From: Lingula anatina
Lineage: Eukaryota > Animalia > Brachiopoda
Reading direction: 5' to 3'
Length of the DNA stretch: 64,000 nt
Assembly: GCA_051362555.1 (NCBI GenBank)
Contig: JBPQGU010000016.1
Span: 4,464,001-4,528,000, forward strand
Part shown: piece by piece, positions 29,701 to 44,700 of the stretch
Layout of the letters: every line of letters starts with the position of its first letter
How positions within the stretch are numbered: the first letter of the stretch is position 1
Notes under the pieces: model-generated
What the model saw: only the letters and a program-made list of their open reading frames with translations
Databases searched by the model: none
What the model was told of the DNA's origin: nothing
Made by a program: the position numbers and the translations under genes

Positions 29701-32700
29701 AAAGTGACGAAAATCAATCTACCACACCTGTCATTCATAAAAAATGTGGAAACGCGCCCGGGTCACTTCATCAAGGCCCCCAATTCTAGCTTTAAAGATG
29801 ATCCAAAAATAAGCTCTGAGAACAGAATCTGAGAGGGGGGGGGGGGACAGAGTTTTTGCTCTATTTCTTCCTTAATGTTGACACCACCACTCTTCCAGCA
29901 CTTTATTCTTACTACAAATGACCGAACACACCTACCTGACACTATAATGAAGAAAAAAAATTTTCATCCCTACATGGCCAAAATTGAAGAAATCTCAAAG
30001 TGCCGGCACTGTTCAAAATCACTCAAAATCACCAAAAATTGACCCGTCTCCGATTTTTCCAAAAAGTGACGAAAATCAATCTACCACACCTGTCATTCAT
30101 AAAAAATGTGGAAACGCGCCCGGGTCACTTCATCAAGGCCCCCAATTCTAGCTTTAAAGATGATCCAAAAATAAGCTCTGAGAACAGAATCTGAGAGGGG
30201 GGGGGGGACAGAGTTTTTGCTCTATTTCTTCCTTAATGTTGACACCACCACTCTTCCAGCACTTTATTCTTACTACAAATGACCGAACACACCTACCTGA
30301 CACTATAATGAAGAAAAAAAATTTTCATCCCTACCTGGCCAAAATTGAAGAAATCTCACAGTGCCGGCACTGTTCAAAATCACTCAAAATCACCAAAAAT
30401 CGACCCGTCTCCGATTTTTCCAAAAAGTGACGAAAATCAATCTACCACACCTGTCATTCATAAAAAATGTGGAAACGCGCCCGGGTCACTTCATCAAGGC
30501 CCCCAATTCTAGCTTTAAAGATGATCCAAAAATAAGCTCTGAGAACAGAATCTGAGAGGGGGGGGGGACAGAGTTTTTGCTCTATTTCTTCCTTAATGTT
30601 GACACCACCACTCTTCCAGCACTTTATTCTTACTACAAATGACCGAACACACCTACCTGACACTATAATGAAGAAAAAAAATTTTCATCCCTACCTGGCC
30701 AAAATTTAAGAAATCTCACAGTGCCGGCACTGTTCACAATCACTCAAAATCACCAAAAATCGACCCGTCTCCGTTTTTTCCAAAAAGTGACGAAAATCAA
30801 TCTACCACACCTGTCATTCATAAAAAATGTGGAAACGCGCCCGGAACACTTCATCAAGGCCCCCAATTCTAGCTTTAAAGATGATCCAAAAATAAGCTCT
30901 GAGAACAGAATCTGAGAGGGGGGGGGACAGAGTTTTTGCTCTATTTCTTCCTTAATGTTGACACCACCACTCTTCCAGCACTTTATTCTTACTACAAATG
31001 ACCGAACACACCTACCTGACACTATAATGAAGAAAAAAAATTTTCATCCCTACCTGGCCAAAATTGAAGAAATCTCACAGTGCCGGCACTGTTCAAAATC
31101 ACTCAAAATCACCAAAAATTGACCCGTCTCCGATTTTTCCAAAAAGTGACGAAAATCAATCTACCACACCTGTCATTCATAAAAAATGTGGAAACGCGCC
31201 CGGGTCACTTCATCAAGGCCCCCAATTCTAGCTTTAAAGATGATCCAAAAATAAGATCTGAGAACAGAATCTGAGAGGGGGGGGGGGGGACAGAGTTTTT
31301 GCTCTATTTCTTCCTTAATGTTGACACCACCACTCTTCCAGCACTTTATTCTTACTACAAATGACCGAACACACCTACCTGACACTATAATGAAGAAAAA
31401 AATTTTTCATCCCTACCTGGCCAAAATTGAAGAAATCTCACAGTGCCGGCACTGTTCAAAATCACTCAAAATCACCAAAAATCGACCCGTCTCCGATTTT
31501 TCCAAAAAGTGATGAAAATCAATATACCACACCTGTCATTCAAAAAAAATGTGGAAACGCGCCCAGGTCACTTCATCAAGGCCCCCAATTCTAGCTTTAA
31601 AGATGATCCAAAAATAAGCTCTGAGAACAGAATCTGAGAGGGGGGGGGGGGGGACAGAGTTTTTGCTCTATTTCTTCCTTAATGTTGACACCACCACTCT
31701 TCCAGCACTTTATTCTTACTACAAATGACCGAACACACCTACCTGACACTATAATGAAGAAAAAAAATTTTCATCCCTACCTGGCCAAAATTGAAGAAAT
31801 CTCACAGTGCTGGCACTGTTCAAAATCACTCAAAATCACCAAAAATCGACCCGTCTCCGATTTTTCCAAAAAGTGACGAAAATCAATCTACCACACCTGT
31901 CATTCATAAAAAATGTGGAAACGCGCCCGGGTCACTTCCTCAAGGCCCCCAATTCTAGCTTTAAAGATGATCCAAAAATAAGCTCTGAGAACAGAATCTG
32001 AGAGGGGGGGGGGGGACAGAGTTTTTGCTCTATTTCTTCCTTAATGTTGACACCACCACTCTTCCAGCACTTTATTCTTACTACAAATGACCGAACACAC
32101 CTACCTGACACTATAATGAAGAAAAAAAATTATCATCTATACCTGGCCAAAATTGAAGAAATCTCACAGTGCCGGCACTGTTCAAAATCACTCAAAATCA
32201 CCAAAAATCGACCCGTCTTCGATTTTTCCAAAAAGTGACGAAAATCAATCTACCACACCTGTCATTCATAAAAAATGTGGAAACGCGCCCGGGTCACTTC
32301 ATCAAGGCCCCCAATTCTAGCTTTAAAGATGATCCAAAAATAAGCTCTGAGAACAGAATCTGAGAGGGGGGGGGGGACAGAGTTTTTGCTCTATTTCTTC
32401 CTTAATGTTGACACCACCACTCTTCCAGCACTTTATTCTTACTACAAATGACCGAACACACCTACCTGACACTATAATGAAGAAAAAAAATTTTCATCCC
32501 TACCTGGCCAAAATTGAAGAAATCTCACAGTGCCGGCACTGTTCAAAATCACTCAAAATCACCAAAAATCGACCCGTCTCCGATTTTTCCAAAAAGTGAC
32601 GAAAATCAATCTACCACACCTGTCATTCATAAAAAATGTGGAAACGCGCCCGGGTCACTTCATCAAGGCCCCCAATTCTAGCTTTAAAGATGATCCAAAA

Positions 32701-35700
32701 ATAAGCTCTGAGAACAGAATCTGAGAGGGGGGGGGGGGAAGACAGAGTTTTTGCTCTATTTCTTCCTTAATGTTGACACCACCACTCTTCCAGCACTTTA
32801 TTCTTACTACAAATGACCGAACACACCTACCTGACACTATAAAGAAGAAAAAAAATTTTCATCCCTACCTGGCCAAAATTGAAGAAATCTCACAGTGCCG
32901 GCACTGTTCAAAATCACTCAAAATCACCAAAAATCGACCCGTCTCCGATTTTTCCAAAAAGTGATGAAAATCAATATACCACACCTGTCATTCAAAAAAA
33001 ATGTGGAAACGCGCCCGGGTCACTTCATCAAGGCCCCCAATTCTAGCTTTAAAGATGATCCAAAAATAAGCTCTGAGAACAGAATCTGAGAGGGGGGGGG
33101 GGGGACAGAGTTTTTGCTCTATTTCTTCCTTAATGTTGACACCACCACTCTTCCAGCACTTTATTCTTACTACAAATGACCGAACACACCTACCTGACAC
33201 TATAATGAAGAAAAAAAATTTTCATCCCTACCTGGCCAAAATTGAAGAAATCTCACAGTGCCGGCACTGTTCAAAATCACTCAAAATCACCAAAAATCGA
33301 CCCGTCTCCGATTTTTCCAAAAAGTGACGAAAATCAATCTACCACACCTGTCATTCATAAAAAATGTGGAAACGCGCCCGGGTCACTTCATCAAGGCCCC
33401 CAATTCTAGCTTTAAAGATGATCCAAAAATAAGCTCTGAGAACAGAATCTGAGAGGGGGGGGGGGGGCAGAGTTTTTGCTCTATTTCTTCCTTAATGTTG
33501 ACACCACCACTCTTCCAGCACTTTATTCTTACTACAAATGACCGAACACACCTACCTGACAATATAATGAAGAAAAAAAATTTTCATCCCTACCTGGCCA
33601 AAATTGAAGAAATCTCACAGTGCCGGCACTGTTCAAAATCACTCAAAATCACCAAAAATCGACCCGTCTCCGATTTTTCCAAAAAGTGACGAAAATCAAT
33701 CTACCACACCTGTCATTCATAAAAAATGTGGAAACGCGCCCGGGTCACTTCATCAAGGCCCCCAATTCTAGCTTTAAAGATGATCCAAAAATAAGCTCTG
33801 AGAACAGAATCTGAGAGGGGGGGGGGACAGAGTTTTTGCTCTATTTCTTCCTTAATGTTGACACCACCACTCTTCCAGCACTTTATTCTTACTACAAATG
33901 ACCGAACACACCTACCTGACACTATAATGAAGAAAAAAAATTTTCATCCCTACCTGGCCAAAATTGAAGAAATCTCACAGTGCCGGCACTGTTCAAAATC
34001 ACTCAAAATCACCAAAAATCGACCCGTCTCCGATTTTTCCAAAAAGTGACGAAAATCAATCTACCACACCTGTCATTCATAAAAAATGTGGAAACGCGCC
34101 CGGGTCACTTCATCAAGGCCCCCAATTCTAGCTTTAAAGATGATCCAAAAATAAGCTCTGAGAACAGAATCTGAGAGGGGGGGGGGGGGGGGGAAGACAG
34201 AGTTTTTGCTCTATTTCTTCCTTAATGTTGACACCACCACTCTTCCAGCACTTTATTCTTACTACAAATGACCGAACACACCTACCTGACACTATAAAGA
34301 AGAAAAAAAATTTTCATCCCTACCTGGCCAAAATTGAAGAAATCTCACAGTGCCGGCACTGTTCAAAATCACTCAAAATCACCAAAAATCGACCCGTCTT
34401 CGATTTTTCCAAAAAGTGATGAAAATCAATATACCACACCTGTCATTCAAAAAAAATGTGGAAACGCGCCCGGGTCACTTCATCAAGGCCCCCAATTCTA
34501 GCTTTAAAGATGATCCAAAAATAAGCTCTGAGAACAGAATCTGAGAGGGGGGGGGGGGGACAGAGTTTTTGCTCTATTTCTTCCTTAATGTTGACACCAC
34601 CACTCTTCCAGCACTTTATTCTTACTACAAATGACCGAACACACCTACCTGACACTATAATGAAGAAAAAAAATTTTCATCCCTACCTGGCCAAAATTGA
34701 AGAAATCTCACAGTGCCGGCACTGTTCAAAATCACTCAAAATCACCAAAAATCGACCCGTCTCCGATTTTTCCAAAAAATGACGAAAATCAATCTACCAC
34801 ACCTGTCATTCATAAAAAATGTGGAAACGCGCCCGGGTCACTTCATCAAGGCCCCCAATTCTAGCTTTAAAGATGATCCAAAAATAAGCTCTGAGAACAG
34901 AATCTGAGAGGGGGGGGGGGGAGACAGAGTTTTTGCTCTATTTCTTCCTTAATGTTGACACCACCACTCTTCCAGCACTTTATTCTTACTACAAATGACC
35001 GAACACACCTACCTGACACTATAATGAAGAAAAAAAATTTTTATCCCTACCTGGCCAAAATTGAAGAAATCTCACAGTGCCGGCACTGTTCAAAATCACT
35101 CAAAATCACCAAAAATCGACCCGTCTCCGATTTTTCCAAAAAGTGACGAAAATCAATCTACCACACCTGTCATTCATAAAAAATGTGGAAACGCGCCCGG
35201 GTCACTTCATCAAGGCCCCCAATTCTAGCTTTAAAGATGATCCAAAAATAAGCTCTGAGAACAGAATCTGAGAGGGGGGGGGGGCAGAGTTTTTGCTCTA
35301 TTTCTTCCTTAATGTTGACACCACCACTCTTCCAGCACTTTATTCTTACTACAAATGACCGAACACACCTACCTGACAATATAATGAAGAAAAAAAATTT
35401 TCATCCCTACCTGGCCAAAATTGAAGAAATCTCACAGTGCCGGCACTGTTCAAAATCACTCAAAATCACCAAAAATCGACCCGTCTCCGATTTTTCCAAA
35501 AAGTGACGAAAATCAATCTACCACACCTGTCATTCATAAAAAATGTGGAAACGCGCCCGGGTCACTTCATCAAGGCCCCCAATTCTAGCTTTAAAGATGA
35601 TCCAAAAATAAGCTCTGAGAACAGAATCTGAGAGGGGGGGGGACAGAGTTTTTGCTCTATTTCTTCCTTAATGTTGACACCACCACTCTTCCAGCACTTT

Positions 35701-38700
35701 ATTCTTACTACAAATGACCGAACACACCTACCTGACACTATAATGAAGAAAAAAAATTTTCATCCCTACCTGGCCAAAATTTAAGAAATCTCACAGTGCC
35801 GGCACTGTTCAAAATCACTCAAAATCACCAAAAATCGACCCGTCTCCGATTTTTCCAAAAAGTGACGAAAATCAATCTACCACACCTGTCATTCATAAAA
35901 AATGTGGAAACGCGCCCGGGTCACTTCATCAAGGCCCCCAATTCTAGCTTTAAAGATGATCCAAAAATAAGCTCTGAGAACAGAATCTGAGAGGGGGGGG
36001 GGGGATAGAGTTTTTGCTCTATTTCTTCCTTAATGTTGACACCACCACTCTTCCAGCACTTTATTCTTACTACAAATGACCGAACACACCTACCTGACAC
36101 TATAATGAAGAAAAAAAATTTTCATCCCTACCTGGCCAAAATTGAAGAAATTTCACAGTGCCGGCACTGTTCAAAATCACTCAAAATCACCAAAAATCGA
36201 CCCGTCTCCGATTTTTCCAAAAAGTGACGAAAATCAATCTACCACACCTGTCATTCATAAAAAATGAGGAAACGCGCCCGGGTCACTTCATCAAGGCCCC
36301 CAATTCTAGCTTTAAAGATGATCCAAAAATAAGCTCTGAGAACAGAATCTGAGAGGGGGGGGGGGGGAAGACAGAGTTTTTGCTCTATTTCTTCCTTAAT
36401 GTTGACACCACCACTCTTCCAGCACTTTATTCTTACTACAAATGACCGAACACACCTACCTGACACTATAAAGAAGAAAAAAAATTTTCATCCCTACCTG
36501 GCCAAAATTGAAGAAATCTCACAGTGCCGGCACTGTTCAAAATCACTCAAAATCACCAAAAATCGACCCGTCTCCGATTTTTCCAAAAAGTGATGAAAAT
36601 CAATATACCACACCTGTCATTCAAAAAAAATGTGGAAACGCGCCCGGGTCACTTCATCAAGGCCCCCAATTCTAGCTTTAAAGATGATCCAAAAATAAGC
36701 TCTGAGAACAGAATCTGAGAGGGGGGGGGGGGGACAGAGTTTTTGCTCTATTTCTTCCTTAATGTTGACACCACCACTCTTCCAGCACTTTATTCTTACT
36801 ACAAATGACCGAACACACCTACCTGACACTATAATGAAGAAAAAAAATTTTCATCCCTACCTGGCCAAAATTGAAGAAATCTCACAGTGCCGGCACTGTT
36901 CAAAATCACTCAAAATCACCAAAAATCGACCCGTCTCCGATTTTTCCAAAAAGTGACGAAAATCAATCTACCACACCTGTCATTCATAAAAAATGTGGAA
37001 ACGCGCCCGGGTCACTTCATCAAGGCCCCCAATTCTAGCTTTAAAGATGATCCAAAAATAAGCTCTGAGAACAGAATCTGAGAGGGGGGGGGGGACAGAG
37101 TTTTTGCTCTATTTCTTCCTTAATGTTGACACCACCACTCTTCCAGCACTTTATTCTTACAACAAATGACCGAACACACCTACCTGACACTATAATGAAG
37201 AAAAAAAATTTTTATCCCTACCTGGCCAAAATTGAAGAAATCTCACAGTGCCGGCACTGTTCAAAATCACTCAAAATCACCAAAAATCGACCCGTCTCCG
37301 ATTTTTCCAAAAAGTGACGAAAATCAATCTACCACACCTGTCATTCATAAAAAATGTGGAAACGCGCCCGGGTCACTTCATCAAGGCCCCCAATTCTAGC
37401 TTTAAAGATGATCCAAAAATAAGCTCTGAGAACAGAATCTGAGAGGGGGGGGGGCAGAGTTTTTGCTCTATTTCTTCCTTAATGTTGACACCACCACTCT
37501 TCCAGCACTTTATTCTTACTACAAATGACCGAACACACCTACCTGACAATATAATGAAGAAAAAAAATTTTCATCCCTACCTGGCCAAAATTGAAGAAAT
37601 CTCACAGTGCCGGCACTGTTCAAAATCACTCAAAATCACCAAAAATCGACCCGTCTCCGATTTTTCCAAAAAGTGACGAAAATCAATCTACCACACCTGT
37701 CATTCATAAAAAATGTGGAAACGCGCCCGGGTCACTTCATCAAGGCCCCCAATTCTAGCTTTAAAGATGATCCAAAAATAAGCTCTGAGAACAGAATCTG
37801 AGAGGGGGGGGGGGGACAGAGTTTTTGCTCTATTTCTTCCTTAATGTTGACACCACCATTCTTCCAGCACTTTATTCTTACTACAAATGACCGAACACAC
37901 CTACCTGACACTATAATGAAGAAAAAAAATTTTCATCCCTACCTGGCCAAAATTGAAGAAATCTCACAGTGCCGGCACTGTTCAAAATCACTCAAAATCA
38001 CCAAAAATCGACCCGTCTCCGTTTTTTCCAAAAAGTGACGAAAATCAATCTACCACACCTGTCATTCATAAAAAATGTGGAAACGCGCCCGGGTCACTTC
38101 ATCAAGGCCCCCAATTCTAGCTTTAAAGATGATACAAAAATAAGCTCTGAGAACAGAATCTGAGAGGGGGGGGGACAGAGTTTTTGCTCTATTTCTTCCT
38201 TAATGTTGACACCACCACTCTTACAGCACTTTATTCTTACTACAAATGACCGAACACACCTACCTGACACTATAATGAAGAAAAAAAATTTTCATCCCTA
38301 CCTGGCCAAAATTGAAGAAATCTCACAGTGCCGGCACTGTTCAAAATCACTCAAAATCACCAAAAATCGACCCGTCTCCGATTTTTCCAAAAAGTGACGA
38401 AAATCAATCTACCACACCTGTCATTCATAAAAAATGTGGAAACGCGCCCGGGTCACTTCATCAAGGCCCCCAATTCTAGCTTTAAAGATGATCCAAAAAT
38501 AAGCTCTGAGAACAGAATCTGAGAGGGGGGGGGGGACAGAGTTTTTGCTCTATTTCTTCCTTAATGTTGACACCACCACTCTTCCAGCACTTTATTCTTA
38601 CTACAAATGACCGAACACACCTACCTGACACTATAATGAAGAAAAAAAATTTTCATCCCTACCTGGCCAAAATTGAAGAAATCTCACAGTGCCGGCACTG

Positions 38701-41700
38701 TTCAAAATCACTCAAAATCACCAAAAATCGACCCGTCTCCGATTTTTCCAAAAAGTGACGAAAATCAATCTACCACACCTGTCATTCATAAAAAATGTGG
38801 AAACGCGCCCGGGTCACTTCATCAAGGCCCCCAATTCTAGCTTTAAAGATGATCCAAAAATAAGCTCTGAGAACAGAATCTGAGAGGGGGGGGGACAGAG
38901 TTTTTGCTCTATTTCTTCCTTAATGTTGACACCACCACTCTTCCAGCACTTTATTCTTACTACAAATGACCGAACACACCTACCTGACACTATAATGAAG
39001 AAAAAAAATTTTCATCCCTACCTGGCCAAAATTGAAGAAATCTCACAGTGCCGGCACTGTTCAAAATCACTCAAAATCACCAAAAATCGACCCGTCTCTG
39101 ATTTTTCCAAAAAGTGATGAAAATCAATCTACCACACCTGTCATTCATAAAAAATGTGGAAACGCGCCCGGGTCACTTCATCAAGGCCCCCAATTCTAGC
39201 TTTAAAGATGATCCAAAAATAAGCTCTGAGAACAGAATCTGAGAGGGGGGGGGACAGAGTTTTTGCTCTATTTCTTCCTTAATGTTGACACCACCACTCT
39301 TCCAGCACTTTATTCTTACTACAAATGACCGAACACACCTACCTGACACTATAATGAAGACAAAAAATTTTCATCCCTACCTGGCCAAAATTGAAGAAAT
39401 CTCACAGTGCCGGCACTGTTCAAAATCACTCAAAATCACCAAAAATCGACCCATCTCCGATTTTTCCAAAAAGTGACGAAAATCAATCTACCACACCTGT
39501 CATTCATAAAAAATGTGGAAACGCGCCCGGGTCACTTCATCAAGGCCCCCAATTCTAGCTTTAAAGATGATCCAAAAATAAGCTCTGAGAACAGAATCTG
39601 AGAGGGGGGGGGGGGGGACAGAGTTTTTGCTCTATTTCTTCCTTAATGTTGACACCACCACTCTTCCAGCACTTTATTCTTACTACAAATGACCGAACAC
39701 ACCTACCTGACACTATAATGAAGAAAAAAAATTTTCATCCCTACCTGGCCAAAATTGAAGAAATCTCACAGTGCCGGCACTGTTCAAAATCACTCAAAAT
39801 CACCAAAAATCGACCCGTCTCCGATTTTTCCAAAAAGTGACGAAAATCAATCTACAACACCTGTCATTCATAAAAAATGTGGAAACGCGCCCGGGTCACT
39901 TCATCAAGGCCCCCAATTCTAGCTTTAAAGATGATCCAAAAATAAGCTCTGAGAACAGAATCTGAGAGGTGGGGGGGACAGATTTTTTGCTCTATTTCTT
40001 CCTTAATGTTGACACCACCACTCTTCCAGCACTTTATTCTTACTACAAATGACCGAACACACCTACCTGACACTATAATGAAGAAAAAAAATTTTCATCC
40101 CTACCTGGCCAAAATTGAAGAAATCTCACAGTGCCGGCACTGTTCAAAATCACTCAAAATCACCAAAAATCGACCCGTCTCCGATTTTTCCAAAAAGTGA
40201 CGAAAATCAATCTACAACACCTGTCATTCATAAAAAATGTGGAAACGCGCCCGGGTCACTTCATCAAGGCCCCCAATTCTAGCTTTAAAGATGATCCAAA
40301 AATAAGCTCTGAGAACAGAATCTGAGAGGTGGGGGGGACAGATTTTTTGCTCTATTTCTTCCTTAATGTTGACACCACCACTCTTCCCGCACTTTATTCT
40401 TACTACAAATGACCGAACACACCTACCTGACACTATAATGAAGAAACAAAATTTTCATCCCTACCTGGCCAAAATTGAAGAAATCTCACAGTGCCGGCAC
40501 TGTTCAAAATCACTCAAAATCACCAAAAATCGACCCGTCTCCGATTTTTCCAAAAAGTGACCAAAATCAATCTACCACACCTGTCATTCATAAAAAATGT
40601 GGAAACGCGCCCGGGTCACTTCATCAAGGCCCCCAATTCTAGCTTTAAAGATGATCCAAAAATAAGCTCTGAGAACAGAATCTGAGAGGGGGGGGGGGGA
40701 GACAGAGTTTTTGCTCTATTTCTTCCTTAATGTTGACACCACCACTCTTCCAGCACTTTATTCTTACTACAAATGACCGAACACACCTACCTGACACTAT
40801 AATGAAGAAAAAAAATTTTCATCCCTACCTGGCCAAAATTGAAGAAATCTCACAGTGCCGGCACTGTTCAAAATCACTCAAAATCACCAAAAATCGACCC
40901 GTCTCCGATTTTTCCAAAAAGTGACGAAAATCAATCTACCACACCTGTCATTCATAAAAAATGTGGAAACGCGCCCGGGTCACTTCATCAAGGCCCCCAA
41001 TTCTAGCTTTAAAGATGATCCAAAAATAAGCTCTGAGAACAGAATCTGAGAGGGGGGGGGACAGAGTTTTTGCTCTATTTCTTCCTTAATGTTGACACCA
41101 CCACTCTTCCAGCACTTTATTCTTACTACAAATGACCGAACACACCTACCTGACACTATAATGAAGAAAAAAAATTTTCATCCCTACCTGGCCAAAATTG
41201 AAGAAATCTCACAGTGCCGGCACTGTTCAAAATCACTCAAAATCACCAAAAATCGACCCGTCTCCGATTTTTCCAAAAAGTGACGAAAATCAATCTACCA
41301 CACCTGTCATTCATAAAAAATGTGGAAACGCGCCCGGGTCACTTCATCAAGGCCCCCAATTCTAGCTTTAAAGATGATCCAAAAATAAGCTCTGAGAACA
41401 GAATCTGAGAGGGGGGGGGACAGAGTTTTTGCTCTATTTCTTCCTTAATGTTGACACCACCACTCTTCCAGCACTTTATTCTTACTACAAATGACCGAAC
41501 ACACCTACCTGACACTATAATGAAGAAAAAAAATTTTAATCCCTACCTGGCCAAAATTGAAGAAATCTCACAGTGCCGGCACTGTTCAAAATCACTCAAA
41601 ATCACCAAAAATCGACCCGTCTCCGATTTTTCCAAAAAGTGACGAAAATCAATCTACCACACCTGTCATTCATAAAAAATGTGGAAACGCGCCCGGGTCA

Positions 41701-44700
41701 CTTCATCAAGGCCCCCAATTCTAGCTTTAAAGATGATCCAAAAATAAGCTCTGAGAACAGAATCTGAGAGGGGGGGGGGACAGAGTTTTTGCTCTATTTC
41801 TTCCTTAATGTTGACACCACCACTCTTCCAGCACTTTATTCTTACTACAAATGACCGAACACACCTACCTGACACTATAATGAAGAAAAAAAATTTTCAT
41901 CCCTACCTGGCCAAAATTGAAGAAATCTCACAGTGCCGGCACTGTTCAAAATCACTCAAAATCACCAAAAATCGACCCGTCTCCGATTTTTCCAAAAAGT
42001 GACGAAAATCAATCTACCACACCTGTCATTCATAAAAAATGTGGAAACGCACCCGGGTCACTTCATCAAGGCCCCCAATTCTAGCTTTAAAGATGATCCA
42101 AAAATAAGCTCTGAGAACAGAATCTGAGAGGGGGGGGGGACAGAGTTTTTGCTCTATTTCTTCCTTAATGTTGACACCACCACTCTTCCAGCACTTTATT
42201 CTTACTACAAATGACCGAACACACCTACCTGACACTATAATGAAGAAAAAAAATTTTCATCCCTACCTGGCCAAAATTGAAGAAATCTCACAGTGCCGGC
42301 ACTGTTCAAAATCACTCAAAATCACCAAAAATCGACCCGTCTCCGATTTTTCCAAAAAGTGACGAAAATCAATCTACCACACCTGTCATTCATAAAAAAT
42401 GTGGAAACGCGCCCGGGTCACTTCATCAAGGCCCCCAATTCTAGCTTTAAAGATGATCCAAAAACAAGCTCTGAGAACAGAATCTGAGAGGGGGGGGGAC
42501 AGAGTTTTTGCTCTATTTCTTCCTTAATGTTGACACCACCACTCTTCCAGCACTTTATTCTTACTACAAATGACCGAACACACCTACCTGACACTATAAT
42601 GAAGAAAAAAAATTTTCATCCCTACCTGGCCAAAATTGAAGAAATCTCACAGTGCCGGCACTGTTTAAAATCACTCAAAATCACCAAAAATCGACCCGTC
42701 TCCGATTTTTCCAAAAAGTGACGAAAATCAATCTACCACACCTGTCATTCATAAAAAATGTGGAAACGCGCCCGGGTCACTTCATCAAGGCCCCCAATTC
42801 TAGCTTTAAAGATGATCCAAAAATAAGCTCTAAGAACAGAATCTGAGAGGGGGGGGGGGGGGACAGAGTTTTTGCTCTATTTCTTCCTTAATGTTGACAC
42901 CACCACTCTTCCAGCACTTTATTCTTACTACAAATGACCGAACACACCTACCTGACACTATAATGAAGAAAAAAATTTTTCATCCCTACCTGGCCAAAAT
43001 TGAAGAAATCTCACAGTGCCGGCACTGTTCAAAATCACTCAAAATCACCAAAAATCGACCCGTCTCCGATTTTTCCAAAAAGTGACGAAAATCAATCTAC
43101 CACACCTGTCATTCATAAAAAATGTGGAAACGCGCCCGGGTCACTTCATCAAGGCCCCCAATTCTAGCTTTAAAGATGATCCAAAAATAAGCTCTGAGAA
43201 CAGAATCTGAGGGGGGGGGGGGACAGAGTTTTTGTTCTATTTCTTCCTTAATGTTGACACCACCACTCTTCCAGCACTTTATTCTTACTACAAATGACCG
43301 AACACACCTACCTGACACTATAATGAAGAAAAAAAATTTTCATCCCTACCTGGCCAAAATTGAAGAAATCTCACAGTGCCGGCACTGTTCAAAATCACTC
43401 AAAATCACCAAAAATCGACCCGTCTCCGATTTTTCCAAAAAGTGACGAAAATCAATCTACCACACCTGTCATTCATAAAAAATGTGGAAACGCGCCCGGG
43501 TCACTTCATCAAGGCCCCCAATTCTAGCTTTAAAGATGATCCAAAAATAAGCTCTGAGAACAGAATCTGAGAGGGGGGGGGACAGAGTTTTTGCTCTATT
43601 TCTTCCTTAATGTTGACACCACCACTCTTCCAGCACTTTATTCTTACTACAAATGACCGAACACACCTACCTGACACTATAATGAAGAAAAAAAATTTTC
43701 ATCCCTACCTGGCCAAAATTGAAGAAATCTCACAGTGCCGGCACTGTTCAAAATCACTCAAAATCACCAAAAATCGACCCGTCTCCGATTTTTCCAAAAA
43801 GTGACGAAAATCAATCTACCACACCTGTCATTCATAAAAAATGTGGAAACGCGCCCGGGTCACTTCATCAAGGCCCCCAATTCAAGCTTTAAAGATGATC
43901 CAAAAATAAGCTCTGAGAACAGAATCTGAGAGGGGGGGGGGGGACAGAGTTTTTGCTCTATTTCTTCCTTAATGTTGACACCACCACTCTTCCAGCACTT
44001 TATTCTTACTACAAATGACCGAACACACCTACCTGACACTATAATGAAGAAAAAAAATTTTCATCCCTACCTGGCCAAAATTGAAGAAATCTCACAGTGC
44101 CGGCACTGTTCAAAATCACTCAAAATCACCAAAAATCGACCCGTCTCCGATTTTTCCAAAAAGTGACGAAAATCAATCTACCACACCTGTCATTCATAAA
44201 AAATGTGGAAACGCGCCCGGGTCACTTCATCAAGGCCCCCAATTCTAGCTTTAAAGATGATCCAAAAATAAGCTCTGAGAACAGAATCTGAGAGGGGGGG
44301 GGGGACAGAGTTTTTGCTCTATTTCTTCCTTAATGTTGACACCACCACTCTTCCAGCACTTTATTCTTACTACAAATGACCGAACACACCTACCTGACAC
44401 TATAATGAAGAAAAAAAATTTTCATCCCTACCTGGCCAAAATTGAAGAAATCTCACAGTGCCGGCACTGTTCAAAATCACTCAAAATCACCAAAAATCGA
44501 CCCGTCTCCGATTTTTCCAAAAAGTGACGAAAATCAATCTACAACACCTGTCATTCATAAAAAATGTGGAAACGCGCCCGGGTCACTTCATCAAGGCCCC
44601 CAATTCTAGCTTTAAAGATGATCCAAAAATAAGCTCTGAGAACAGAATCTGAGAGGTGGGGGGGACAGATTTTTTGCTCTATTTCTTCCTTAATGTTGAC

